Below, one piece after another: positions 41,142 through 53,572 of a DNA stretch of 64,000 nt. A program made the translations under genes and the position numbers. The stretch is taken from positions 162,254,001 to 162,318,000 of the forward strand of contig OX597815.1 in assembly GCA_951406725.2 (NCBI GenBank), given 5' to 3'. A model generated the notes under the pieces. It worked only from the letters and a program-made list of their open reading frames with translations. It had not been told where the DNA came from and did not search any database. The number at the start of each line of letters is the position of its first letter. Positions within the stretch are counted from its first letter, which is position 1. Origin of the DNA: Octopus vulgaris (lineage: Eukaryota).

Positions 41142-41374
41142 CCCTTTAGTGTTCAGATTATTCTGTTAAATGTAATACTTTTTCACTCAAATTGTTTGGA
41201 ATTAATCATGCATTATCTTATAGCTTTGAGGTTTCAATGATGTCATCATCATCATCAATGTTTATTTTTAGAACGTCACTGTAGGTTAGGTGTGAGAGGC
41301 TGGATATCGCCAGTTTGAATATAAAACATGTATAATATATTGGGCCGGATGTGGCCGGTTTAAACACTAAAGGG
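41142..41374 (+). mobile_element. piggyBac-like MITE family A, intact copy
   Basis: TTAA at 41138-41141 and 41375-41378; perfect 12-bp TIR CCCTTTAGTGTT/AACACTAAAGGG. Confidence 0.9.
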
Positions 41375-44300
41375 TTAAACACTGCCACAAATTTAATGGT
41401 TTGGCAAAAATAGTCTTTTAATTGTGTCAAAATGGAGTAATTATTTTTCATTTTGCTTTTGGTTTTTTTTTTTCCCTTCTTTCACCCTTTCTGCTCCAGT
41501 AGACCACCATGTGCATCAAGGCTAAATGTTCATGTTACTGCATACTGTTTCCTAGCTGCTGGTGTTAACACTGTTGATTTGCATTGTGCTGCTAATTTGT
41601 GCTCTTATTTTTCATTTGCATACTTTAATATTTAGTCTTTAAAAAAGGAATTGGTCATTGTGAACTTACAACACTATTATTCTTAGATTGATTCAAAAAA
41701 ATAAGTGATTTATTTATTATATATATAGATAGATAGATAGCTATAGATATTTATGAGAGAGAGAAAAGTGTGAAGATATTGTGTGGCAGGTGTTAATTTT
41801 AGGTTGCTGATAGTTCTGTTCATAATTTGTTGCTCCACCAAACTTAGACTTATATGTAGCAGAATTAGCATGGTTGTTTAGCTTATTGGGTTTTTAAAAT
41901 GTTTTTTATATATATACTTAGTATGGCTGTCTGGTACATCAGTTGAGTCTAAAATTACTTTAAACATTTTCTTTTCCCTTTATTTTTTTTTTCTTTTGGA
42001 TTTGTGCAGATTATATTTATTTCATCTATTTATGTAACTATCTTCTTGCATCTTCCTCTATATTTATTTAATCTGGATTAAATTCATAATCTAAACTTTC
42101 CAAAGCCTGTTCTGCACTGGTTCCATCTCGGTCGCTTATTTATTTATTATCATCATTATTATTATTTTTAAATGTTTCAAAAAGCTTTATATACCTTAAC
42201 AGGTGTACTAAACACTAAAGATATGCATATTCTTTTATTAATGTTTTCTTCCAAATCTACGTCTTAAATAGTTCAGCATAATTGTATGGGATTTTAATGG
42301 ATTACAATTGAATCAAAGATTCAACAGTATTTGTGCTCTGTTATGTTTATAATACAGATAGCAAAATATTCACCTGATAAGCTTTAAGAAAATTACCATG
42401 TAATTCCATCTGGTCGAGCTGTTCTGAATTGATTCAAACAACCATGCTTTTCCAAGCTCTATCTACCAATGGCTTTAAACTAAGATATAATATGCTTAAT
42501 AAATGGAAACGAGATAGTGTTGATATCAGATCATTTGTTAAATGGGAACTAGCTAATCTCCTTTTCACTCCTGTTTTTGTTTCTGCTGACATATAAATAT
42601 GTTTAAATTTCCTGAAAGTAAAGAATGTTATGATATACACGCACACAACAAACACACACATATTATGGAAATTTTGATTTTTAAGTTCATAGATATCAAT
42701 GATAGTATCATTGATAGTGTCATGTCTGAGGAGTTGGAATACTGCTGCTGCTTCTGCAGTGATGTCTCTTTGAAATATCTGTATGCAATTTAGTGTTTCA
42801 TTTTTGCTAAATGTCTGCACTTTCATTAGTCATCAGTGATCTGCAACTTTGGATTTTGTGACTGTAACATAATTGTACTGTCATGATAGCATAGAATCAT
42901 ATATATATATGTATATATATAAAACCAAAATTTCCATCTCTGTGGAACTTACATTCCATTCCATCTCTTATGAATATTAAAATGTTTGGCTGGGGTTTAG
43001 GTAATCTGAAGTTAATTATATTCTGTTATAAATGTATCTAGTACATCTTTTCTCTTTCTGAAAAAGAAAAAGGACTGTAAAAAAAAAAAAATTACTGATA
43101 GTTTAGGTTAAAGAACTGGATCTGCCACTGTACTACAAAAAAAAAAAATTATAAATCACCTGAGAACTTCTCCCAAATTTAATGAGCAAAACAATGAGGT
43201 TGTTTTGAATCTTTACCAAAATTACACTGACAAGGCCTCGCCTATTTACATCTACTGCTCTTTGATAGCCCTTAATTTTTTTCCCCACCCTCTGTATGTG
43301 TGATATTCTGTTGTCCTTAAAGGTCCAAGATTTTGAGATATAAAGAAACCAAAAGAATAAACTACTGTAATGTCTTCTGCATAAGACTGTTTTTATTTTA
43401 GATATTCTGTTTGGTGAAAGATTTAACAAAGCAAAATAAATAAACAAATAAAACTCTTGCACTCTGAAAGCTGAAGAGTATTGAGTACTAGATTGTGATG
43501 CAAAATGATGGTAACTGAACGACCAAGTGCCTCTGCTGTTATGTCTGCTTTTTTTTTCTTTTTTATTCCCTCAAATGATATCAAGAACCATTCCTTTTGC
43601 AACATGAAGATTTAAGTTCCATAATAATAATTAAAAAAAAAAAATTGACTTGCTCTTGTTTCAAAATGTGCAGTCATACCTTTTCTGTTACGACTTTTGG
43701 TTCAAAAAAATTTTTTCTTTTTTTTTTTAATCCCTATCCTTTTCACTTTACTGTATGATGAGCGATCTAATAGAGAATTTAACTGCTTGCTCTTGTTTAT
43801 GCAATTTGTTGGTGTCCAATTAAGTTAGCATAATACTGAAATTACATCACCACACATTGTTCTAATTTGGTCTTTCAAAAACAACATAGGGGACTAAACC
43901 AGTTTTTAATTCATTTCAAAAGAAAAAAAAAACTTCAGTTGCATAAACTTTATATATTTATTTCTTGGAATAGTGTTTTTTCCAAGAATTTGTGTTCCTC
44001 CTATACAAATGCTCTTGAAACATACTGACAAACTGTATAATGAACTTCCATTTTAATCTCTGTCCTTGGACATGTCTGTGTTATGTGATAGATTTTCAGC
44101 TATTATTAAAAAGAAAGAAAAAACGAATATTCACCTTCCAAACAAGCAATGCATTTTGATATACCTTTTACTCAATATACAGCTTTTCTTTTCCTTTCTT
44201 CTCCTCACAGGTCATTTGAATTCAATACTTAGCATTTTGTTTGTTGCACTATTAGTGTCTTTCTTGTTGCTAAGCTGATTTTCAGTTTTAAAAACCAAAC

Positions 44301-46621
44301 AAAAACGGAAAAAAAAAAATTGATACCATTGCTGTGGAATCAACTTCACTGACTAAGCTAATCAGGGAAGTTATTCTTATCAAAGTGCTGTTTTAGCTGG
44401 TTCTTTTACTCTATCTTCTCAGTCTAGCATTGGTCAATGTAAACTGCTTGTATGTGGGATGGGTGGGTGTTCATTCAGGAGTAAAAACTTTTATAAAGTT
44501 GTAAAAAAAATCAAACTGGAAGTTCCTTTCCCAACCCCCAATCTCCACCCAGTTAGTGTCCCTCTCAATAAAAAATAAATTATTTGTTCCAAAGTTCCTA
44601 TATATATTATCTAGCTGATGTCTAAAAATTATTTTTACATGAAGTTTTTTTTTTTTTCCCTCTGAGTGAAATATATATATATATATATATATATATATTG
44701 CTTTGGTTGCTGACATTGGACAAATTAAGGGAATGTTCCAAATTCTGAAACCAGGCCACCTAAATTAGAACTGTCAACAGATGTTTTTACTTCTTCCTCG
44801 CACCTTTTCTCTCACTGCATAACACATTGCAGTGTGTTTGCATATAAATACATGCATAAAATTTTATGCAAGAGAAACTTTGAAATGTGAAAATAAATAA
44901 AACAAAATAAGAATTCTATCTAGATTTAATATGAGGACTAAACCAGCACACAAATATATATTGCTTAAACAATGTATTCTTAAAATATGATTCACTTGTA
45001 TGCTGACTACTTGCTGTGATGGTGTCTTGGGCCAATTTGTTACATCGGAAGCACTGTTATTTATAATTAAAAACTTACAAGTATGGGCCAAGAAATCTGA
45101 GCTTCCCATGCATGTATTAGTGCTTTTGACTTAACTGTTGGATAATGGTATAATTCCCTTTTTTTTTTTTTTTTTTTTTAACAACACCACCAGTACTACT
45201 TTCTGTCGCAGCTGTTAAATAAGACTGCTGGCAAGTAATAATAAAGTAGCTGCGAGAGACCTGAGAGCTATCAATATTAAAAAAAAAGACAAACGAAAAT
45301 ACTAAAAGGCTAGCTAGCTCAGTTCACGTTTGCTCAACTGCTAAGCTAAGTGTTGATTGAGAGATGTAGATATTAAAAGAAAATAATCATTTTGACCATT
45401 GATCTCTACTCTGAGGTTGGTTATCTTAGAAAGCCTCTAAGAGGCTGCATTTTTATTTTTTTTAATTTGAAAAGATTTCTCTCATCAACACTTTGTGGCA
45501 AATGAAAACTGAAACTTAATGCAGTTATGTAAATAACTATAATAAAAATTTTCACATTAGCATAGCAAAACTGATATACTCCACTGCTAACACACTTTCC
45601 AGTTTCTCTGTGGAACCTGGTATTCTCAGAAGTTATTTTGTAATCTGTAAGAAATACAGGTTATTTAGTGTTATTATGTTATGTGTAGTTTAAGGTGTTA
45701 ATGAGAAAACATTATGAGATGTCTGTTTTTGTCCGTTTTATTAGCAGTTTGGTATTTCAGATTCCAATTGATGGTGAGGGAATGTATTAATTCTTTCCTT
45801 ACTTAAAAGTTTGATTTCCACCCCACTGAAAGGGGCAGAAAAAAATCATCTTTGTCCAGTATGTTTCATAAATTCTCCTTGTTAAAAGCTAAAACAAAAG
45901 TATTCTTAAGAGTTGCTGGACAGTTTCATATCAAATTAATACTCATTAAAAGATCGGTGAGGAATAATTTGGTAAAACTTCAGAACACACAAAACAAATA
46001 AAAAAGCCACCTATCACTCTCTTCCCGTACATCCACCCATCCACTCTCCCCTTTCTTGCCGTTCCCCTTCTCTTAGACTTTAAAACAGTTCGTTGTTTGT
46101 AAGGAGAGAGTCTGCACGAGAAAGAAAATAACTGCTGTTGAGTCAGGGGTGTATGGTTACTTACGAAACATTTCCTATCAATTATTTTTAGTCTGACCAG
46201 ATGACTGGATTTTCATCAGTCTGACCTCAAAACATTCCCCCCACTCTCAACTTATATTTTAGTGAAGACAAAGGAAAAATAAAGAAAAAAAAACAAAAGA
46301 AAAAAACTAATAAAATTGACTTTTGGGGTCCTTAAATTCATCCTAACCTATCCTCTACTATTTTTTCCGGATACTAGACCCACAGTGTATGTAGAAAACA
46401 TACAAACTTGTGAATTGTCTTACCTAAAATGAGTCGTGTATATTATTAATGACACGTACTATTAATGGACAAATAAATATTTAATTCATGTGAAGCAATC
46501 CCAATGTGTCTCTTGTCTTATTTTGTTATGTATTTATCTTCTAATTTATTTGTGTGATCTATGGATTTTTCTTTTTTTTTTTTTTAACATTGCTCTAGAA
46601 AATAACTTGGTATTACTGATC

Positions 46622-46655
46622 TATATAACATGTACAGCTCATTTGAATGCAGTCA
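46622..46655 (+). promoter_or_regulatory. Candidate TATA + initiator core promoter
   Basis: TATATAA at 46622-46628 and Inr-like GCAGTC with A at 46651 (29 nt spacing), 110 nt upstream of the ATG at 46761. Confidence 0.35.
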
Positions 46656-46760
46656 ACCACGTGTTTTCTCATATACGTGTGTGTATGTATATTATACACA
46701 GGCATAATACCAATTCTCAGACAAGCAAAGCAGACCTTGGAGCGAGAGGAAAGAGAAGTC

Positions 46761-46828
46761 ATGAAACGGCGGCGAACAACCAATCAATTATTTAATCAAT
46801 ACATTAGACAATCGATTAGAGTTGGCTG
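46761..46828 (+). CDS. Candidate small membrane protein gene, coding exon 1
   Basis: GTCATGA start context, MKRRRTTNQLFNQYIRQSIRVG, donor TG/GTTAGA, phase 2. Confidence 0.42.
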
Positions 46829-47122
46829 GTTAGATATTTAACCAATTGGCTAACATAGAAATGAATTTGAACCTGTGCGTATGTTATTGGCGTAATTACT
46901 AAATTTGTTTCAACACACGAATTCCCATCAAGAATCTTGCAAACCAGATGTGTGTGTGCATACAAATTGAGGGACTGGAACAAAATCTAGGCGACGTATG
47001 TTTCTTAACTGATTCTCTGATGTAATAATTATTCAACGAGTGGTACATTATACACTTTCTGTTATCTATACCTGCCACGGACTGCTTGAAGCTTACTAAC
47101 TCCCTACATTTGGATCACTGGA

Positions 47123-47620
47123 TCTTATATATATAAATATAAACGGCAAAATGTCTGTGTGTGTGTGTGTATCCTTTATACAAATCCACAATTTTTCAGT
47201 TAGAGGGCTCGCACTTTCTATGGTCATTCAAAACCGTCCAAGGGTGGTCGTGCACATCTTTACATTTCCCCAGTCACCCCGCAAAGCCATTAAAGAATCA
47301 ATAGAAGTGACTTTTTTTGTGAATTTTCTATCCAAAACCCAATCAAAATGCCCGAAACTTGATACGCCAATTGAATGCCAGCTAGCTGTATGTGATTAGT
47401 CGGAGATTGGACAGTACTCGCGTGTATGTGCGCACGCACGCAGCTGTATATGCATGCACTAGCACTATGACCCGAACTAACAAATTTACCTTTATGTGAT
47501 GTATAAACACACTCGTGCTCCTCTCAGGGATGAAGGAGTTGTACGTAGTTAAGTCGTCAACTTAATGCTACGCATACTTCGTTCATTTTCATATTCTAAT
47601 TCCAATATCTGAATATTGAT
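47123..47620 (+). mobile_element. Non-autonomous Helitron-like 5' fragment
   Basis: A/TCTTATATATATAAA start followed by ATGTCT(GT)n, typical of Helitron 5' ends. No clear hairpin-CTRR 3' end, so the right boundary is approximate. Confidence 0.45.
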
Positions 47621-48161
47621 GTTACGGTTGTCAAGATCTATTGCCAGTTAATTGCAAAACAAATTTTGACTATTGTGCTGCTTTTAAATTTTATGAACTG
47701 CGTTAGTTGCTTGTCTTAAGGATGATCGATAGCCATGTAATTTCGAACGTGCTGTAACCCTGATTCTGCACACCTCTTTGAAAAGACGACTTCAGCCGTG
47801 ACTAGTGTCTTTTGCCCAGGCGGTTTAATCTAAGAATAGATACTCGAATGCTCTTTTGAAATGGGATATTTAGTTGCTATTTTTAGTAAAATAAGTGACC
47901 GCATAGAAGGTCTCTTATTAGAAATCTAAATTTGTCTAGCTCAAAGCTATACTTGATCCATCAGATCTATTGCAAAAGACCTTCTCTTGTCATCATCTCG
48001 TTTCTATTTTTATTATTATTTAAAGACATCGATTGAAGAGGAACGAAAACTAAATACAGGAATCTTTTTTTAATGCCATGCTTCGAAGCATGATTGTCTA
48101 GTTGCTGCAATGGTAGAATGGTTTGAGTTTCGACTGCAATGCCTTGTATTTATTCCGACAG

Positions 48162-48323
48162 TCTGTGTGCTGGAGTAGCGAAACTGTTAGAGCAATGGGC
48201 AGAATTCTTCGTGACATCTGTTCCACTTCTTTGCGTCCTGGCAGTAACGTTTGTAGCAACATCGGTATTGAGCAGTATCGGCTTTTGTTTTTACCTTGCA
48301 CAACATAGGTGGTGTAGAGAGAG
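48162..48323 (+). CDS. Candidate small membrane protein gene, coding exon 2 (transmembrane helix)
   Basis: TTTATTCCGACAG acceptor, AG/GTGATT donor, 162 nt, phase 2/2; LCAGVAKLLEQWAEFFVTSVPLLCVLAVTFVATSVLSSIGFCFYLAQHRWCRE. Confidence 0.55.
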
Positions 48324-49126
48324 GTGATTTACGCACGGACAGCCGTTTCCCACATACACTGAAAGGAAAAAAGTAATAATAAAGAAAGATGAAACCCTAA
48401 CTCGGCCTGCGCTCTGGAGACGCTTTCAGACGCAGAAATCCGTAGTTTGTCGTGTCTGAAATGTTTTATTAAGTTCCAACTCAGCCTGGAACTAATTATG
48501 ACTATGTCATTTTAGAGATATTTAACACTGCATTAAACAGTGATTTGAGAGATATTTAGTTCCTGGATTCTAGTGCTCGTTATCTGTTGTTACAACCATT
48601 ATCTAGGCTGTCCTTGTTTCCAGTACTTTAATAACAATGAAATTAGTGTTCCGATTAAACATCATAATCATCTAACAGACTTAGGTTAGACAGTTTGGTA
48701 GCTGTCAAGCCAAAAGACTGTGCCAAGCTTTGCTGTCAGATTTGGTATAGTTTCTACGGCTGCATACCCTTCTTAACGCCAATCATTTTTACAGAGTGTA
48801 TTGGGTGCTCTTTACATGGTACCCGCACCAGAGATGTCATCCGGTAACTTGCAAGTGAAGACCTTTCAAATGAGGGTGAGTAGGAAGAAAAATGCTAGCG
48901 AGAAAGTAATTCCAGAAAGTGATAAGTTATTGGAAATAAGTATTATAGGATCTGACACAATTAAAAACGTGCGAGGTCATGTTTTCCTCTATGGTGATTA
49001 ACTGGCTGAATCGTTAGAGCGTCGGACAAATGATTCGCGGTAAGTGTTCTGGCTCTTTGCATCCTGAGTTCAAATTTCACTGAGGCCAGGTTTGCATTTC
49101 GTTCTTAATTCACTTTCTACATTCAG

Positions 49127-49148
49127 AATCGGCTATGCTGCACTGTGA
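49127..49148 (+). CDS. Candidate small membrane protein gene, terminal coding exon
   Basis: CTTAAT branch-like site + CACTTTCTACATTCAG acceptor; phase 2 gives (R)IGYAAL*; AATAAA at 49602-49607. Confidence 0.5.
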
Positions 49149-49769
49149 AAGGAGCATGGGACGGAGGTGAGGAGACACGAATAGTTTCCCTTGTTACGAA
49201 GAGATGGAGAGGTGAACTAGGGCTAGCATCATTTTATAAAATCATTCAATGAAACCAGAAACGACAGGGGCGATTTAATGTTCTATGCGGCCCTGAAAGA
49301 TACATAGGAACGGTAAAACTATAAATAATAGCATGAAAATATTGTGTTAAAATTCTTTAGATAGATAATGTCGAAGACGACTCGTGGGACTCGAATCTAC
49401 ATCTCGTGTGAACAACATAATTTTTTTCGAGATTCATGGTTCCTAAAAAGAATTATTTCGCGTTCTTGAAGTTTTTAAAAAAATTCTCATGAGGTCAACA
49501 ACATTCATTCATTCGTAGAGAGAGAGAGAGAGCACACAATCGATCTAACGAATTAATAAGGAGAAAGTACATCTGTTCATATTTTTCATTGCTTTTAATC
49601 TAATAAAAAAATACAACTTTAATATTAATATGCACTTCCACACAGAAAATTATTGAATTATGGTAATAAAATATGGGTAATTTTTATTTTCCTTTTAGAT
49701 TGTGTAATTCAAGAGTATTTTGCTTTAAACACTGCGGTGGTATCCACGATAAGGTTTATTCCTTTTTGC

Positions 49770-49990
49770 ACTGCGGTAGCTTGTGTAATTCAGTGACTCT
49801 GAGAGCTATGCCAACGGAGTGCAAACTCCCAGTAGGACCTCCCATACAGGAAAGGTCAAAGGATAGAGGTCAGATTAATATGGACCACCTCTTGCTAGAC
49901 GTACAGCATTAGCTTTATATAGGCCAACAACACTACCTAGAAAAAAGGTAAGTTACAGAAGCATCGATGAAAATTCATAACCAACGAGAC
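49770..49990 (+). mobile_element. Relic 5'UTR of an RTE-clade LINE
   Basis: GCTTGTGT..CAGTGACTCTGAGAGCTATGCC..GTAGGACCTCCCAT..AGGTCAAAGG..AGGTCAGA..GGCCAACAACACTACC resembles RTE leaders as I recall them. Confidence 0.55.
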
Positions 49991-50244
49991 ATGAGGGATG
50001 GTGGGAGGAGGTTTCCCCTCGGTGAAACAGAAAATAGAAAAACGAGTCCTCAATCGAATTTCAATTTCCTTCGGAGATTATTTACCTTTACCTACACGAG
50101 TTTCATTTTTGCGCGAGATTCAATGTATCAGACAAGAATGGTCATATGGTGAAGGTCAAGCAATCGGAGCAGTTTTGAAGATCGTGACAGTTAAATCACC
50201 TTCATCCGAAGCCCCGGTGTTCTTCAATATATGGATAGCTTCGC

Positions 50245-50498
50245 GAATCCCGGTAAAAAAAAAAGTCACGGTAATAAAGTCACCGGGGTTTTGACGGGGA
50301 GTTTTGTACGAGGGTGTTTTGTCCAGATCCCATAAATTAATTGTGACTTTATTAGCGGCCTTCATAAAATAATTGTGACTTTATTAGCGGCCATCATAAA
50401 ATAATTGTTACTTTTTTTCCTGTGACTTTATTAGCGGCCATCATAAAATAATTGTGACTTTTTTCCTAGCCAAATTTGTGGCTTTATTACCGATCACC
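50245..50498. mobile_element. MITE-like element with AAAGTCAC/GTGACTTT subterminal repeats
   Basis: Left GGTAATAAAGTCAC, right several GTGACTTTATTA units ending TTTATTACCGATCACC. Confidence 0.55.
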
Positions 50499-51669
50499 AG
50501 TTTCACTGATATATCTGGATTGTCTGTATAGAGAGTAAAATATATAGCTATTTGTAAACGTGGTTTGCAAAATGATCATAAACCGGGAACATCTGGATTC
50601 GAAATAATTACTGTACATCTTGGGTATCGAAAATGGTTTCACTTAATGGTGGATAGTCCTTCATGATTGATCCTAGAAGTTGGTTCAGTTTTCGTAAACC
50701 TCCAACAGAAACTGCTTCCTTCTCTGTGAGTTAGTACGCCAGCTTGTAAATTTATCACTTGTTCCGCTTCGAGAACAAGTGTGTCAAATTTCGTGAATGT
50801 CATAGCAGTAACCGAATTCTGAAGTGTGTACGATTTCATGCAAGAATTTTGTTGAATATTTTGGTTTTCTCAGGCGTTCCCCAACATGCATTGTGATTAT
50901 ATGATCCACAGCTGCATTTCTTGCTCTCCAGTTCCCAACTGTCGTAGCGGTTAGCATGGATGAAGGAGATCGCTGAATATAGGACACGTTTCTTGAACTT
51001 AGATGATTGTGACTTGCCACGAGATATTCGCAGGCGTATATCATGGCAAGTAGTTACCGGATCCGGGAACAGATACATACTGGATTTTAGGTAAACGATT
51101 TGAACAACGAACTCACGCTTTTCAATTCAACCCAATTCAGTAGTGTCAATGCTGCGGCAAGAACACACGAGAAGAAACTAGTTGGGGAGAAATGATCAAA
51201 TCGTTGGTGCCATATGGAACAACTTAAATCAGTGAAGCCCTCAACTCCAGCTGTTCATTATCAGTGAAACATAAAAATTGTAATGTAGCCCTTTCGAACT
51301 TCCAAATCTCGCCATTTAAATTTTAACAATAAAACAATCAAATAATTAATTGGCGAGGTCAGTAACTTAATTAAGAAACTATTCAGAAACCAAAATAGTC
51401 TATGACTGACGTACAATTCTTCCGCCTAATTTGTTATAGAATAAAAAGAATTTTTTTTCTATCAAATATGTACGAAAAGTTAACAAGAAAAAGGAAATGG
51501 TTCTTTAGTACGACAGTCATAGTTCGGAACTGTCATCAGCATCTGAAATTATTTCCAATATTTCCCAGTACTGTATTTCGTTTTTCATGTAACCGATTTC
51601 ATTCTGTGACCCACAGCTCGATTAATATAGAATGCTGAATAAAGCTGATCGGCATTTTTAATTTTATCT

Positions 51670-51937
51670 TTCTCTTTTACTCTTTTACTTGTTTCAGTCA
51701 TATGACTGCGGCCATGCTGAAGCACCGCCTTTAGTCGAGCAAATAGACCCCAGGATTTATACTTTGTAAGCCTATCGGTCTGTTTTGCCGAACCGCTAAG
51801 TTATGGGGACCTAAACACACCAGCATCGATTGTCAAGCGATGTTGGGAGACAAACACAGACACACAAATATAAACACACGCACACACACACACATACATA
51901 CATACATACATACATACATACATACATACATACATAA

Positions 51938-51975
<38 letters not shown>

Positions 51976-52130
51976 GACGGGCTTCTTTCAGTTTCCCTCA
52001 ACCAAATCCACTCACAAGGCTTTGGTCGGCTCGAGGCTATAGTAGAAGACACTTGCCCAAGGTGCCACGCAGTGGGACTGAACCCGGAATCATGTGTGGT
52101 AAGCAAGCTACTTACCACACAGCCACTCCT
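51670..52130 (-). mobile_element. Full-length tRNA-derived SINE with internal (TA)n/(TACA)n microsatellite
   Basis: Minus-strand head GTGGCTGTGTGGTAAGTAGC..GGGTTCAGTCCCACTGCG, tail (GTAAAAGA)n. Second copy 62635-63003(-); decayed copies at ~12510-12870, 15270-15380, 18280-18430, 36005-36120(+). Confidence 0.88.
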
Positions 52131-52139
52131 ATTATTAAG

Positions 52140-53030
52140 AAGGTGAAGGTGGCGATCTGGCGGAATCGTTACCGCCTTGGGAGAAATGCTTAGTGGCATT
52201 TCGTCCATTTGAGTTCAAATTCCAGCAAGGTCGACTTCGTCTTTCATCCTTTCGATGTTGATAAGATAAGTTCTAATCGACCACAGGGGTCGATGTAATT
52301 GGTTAACCCCATCCCCCGAACTTGATGGCCTTGTGCCAAAATTTTAAATCATTATTATTAAGAAAGCGGTAAGTTTGCAAAATTTTGCAATTCTTAGAGC
52401 GCCGGACGAAATTTTAAGCAGCATTTCTTCCGGCTTTTCGACCTGAATTCAAATACCGCGTTCGATTTTACCTTTATGCTTTCAGGGTCGATAATAAAAT
52501 CACCAGTCAAATACTGGGGTCGATGTAATCGACGAGCTCTTCTTTCCCAAAATTCCAGGCCTTGTTCTTATAGTACTAAGACTTATCATTTCTAAACTAT
52601 TAAGATATTTCGATATTATTAAAATTAGTAATGTGGCGAGCTGGCAGAATCGTTAGAACGCCGGGCGAAATGCTCAGGGGTATTTCGTCCGCCGCTGCGT
52701 TCTGAGTTCAAATTCCGCCGAGGTCAACTTTGCCTTTCATCCTTTCGGGGTCGATAAATTAAGTACCAGTTACGCACTGGGGTCGATATAATCGACTTAA
52801 TCCGTTTGTCTGTCCTTGTTTGTCCTCTCTGTGTATAGCCCCTTGTGGGTAGTAAAGAAATAAGTATTTCGTCCGTCTTTACGTTCTGAGTTCAAATTCC
52901 GGCAAGGTCGACTTTGACTTCCATGATTTTAGGGTCAATAAAATAAGTACCACTTGAGTACTGGGGTCGATGTAATCTACTTTACCCTCTCCCTCGTTAC
53001 TGATGGTTTCGTGCCGAAATTTGAAATCGA
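52140..53030 (+). mobile_element. Cluster of head-to-tail tRNA-derived SINEs with Meta/MESC-like core
   Basis: Three heads (~52140, ~52362, ~52633) with GAGTTCAAATTCC B box and GCCTTTCATCCTTTCGGGGTCGATAAA..AGTACCAG core; the third is dimeric. Confidence 0.85.
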
Positions 53031-53472
53031 AATTATCAAGATTAGTAAAACCACGAATAAAAACTTTTTCGATTTCGTAGCTCGAACAGTTTCTTGGAAA
53101 CCATCCATAGAAGACAACGACGTAGTTAACCGAGCAAACAAAACGTACAAAATAAAGTGACAACTCTTCGTTTGGTAGTCAGATAAGCTACATGGTGAAA
53201 GGAACGGGAGGAATAGTTGTGCATAACATGAAATGAGTAAAGCTTAATAAGTATTTCACTTAGATAAAAAAAAAAACAACCTTTTATCAGAAAATAATAA
53301 ACTGATAAACCATTTTATTTCACATGCTTGTGTAATCAAATAGCCATACATCAAAGGACTTTGTTTTAAGCTTTTATACTTGTGGCCGTTGTTATTTAAC
53401 CCAAGGTCAACTTTGATCAAACAGACCTATGATTATTAAGGTGGTCAGACAATTCCTTCTTTTCCCAAACTT

Positions 53473-53572
53473 CACCACTACCACCACCACCACCACCACC
53501 ACCACCACCACCACCACCACAACCACCACCACCACCACCACCACAACCACTACAACCACCACCACAACCACC
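53473..53572. repeat. (ACC)n microsatellite
   Basis: About 33 imperfect trinucleotide units; source of the poly-Thr ORF. Confidence 0.95.

Larger units (their letters stand above)
36453..46500 (+). other. ELL: Probable long ELL 3'UTR
   Basis: A/T-run-rich, SINE-poor, CpG-depleted stretch. AATAAA at 46472-46477 is followed by a GT/T-rich element, where CpG density rises. Earlier AATAAA sites could also be used. Confidence 0.5.

Noticed and set aside
42800-42845. Minus-strand CTGATGA..GAAA hammerhead-like match
   Set aside because: Only 5 nt between the boxes, with no stem II and no convincing stems I or III.
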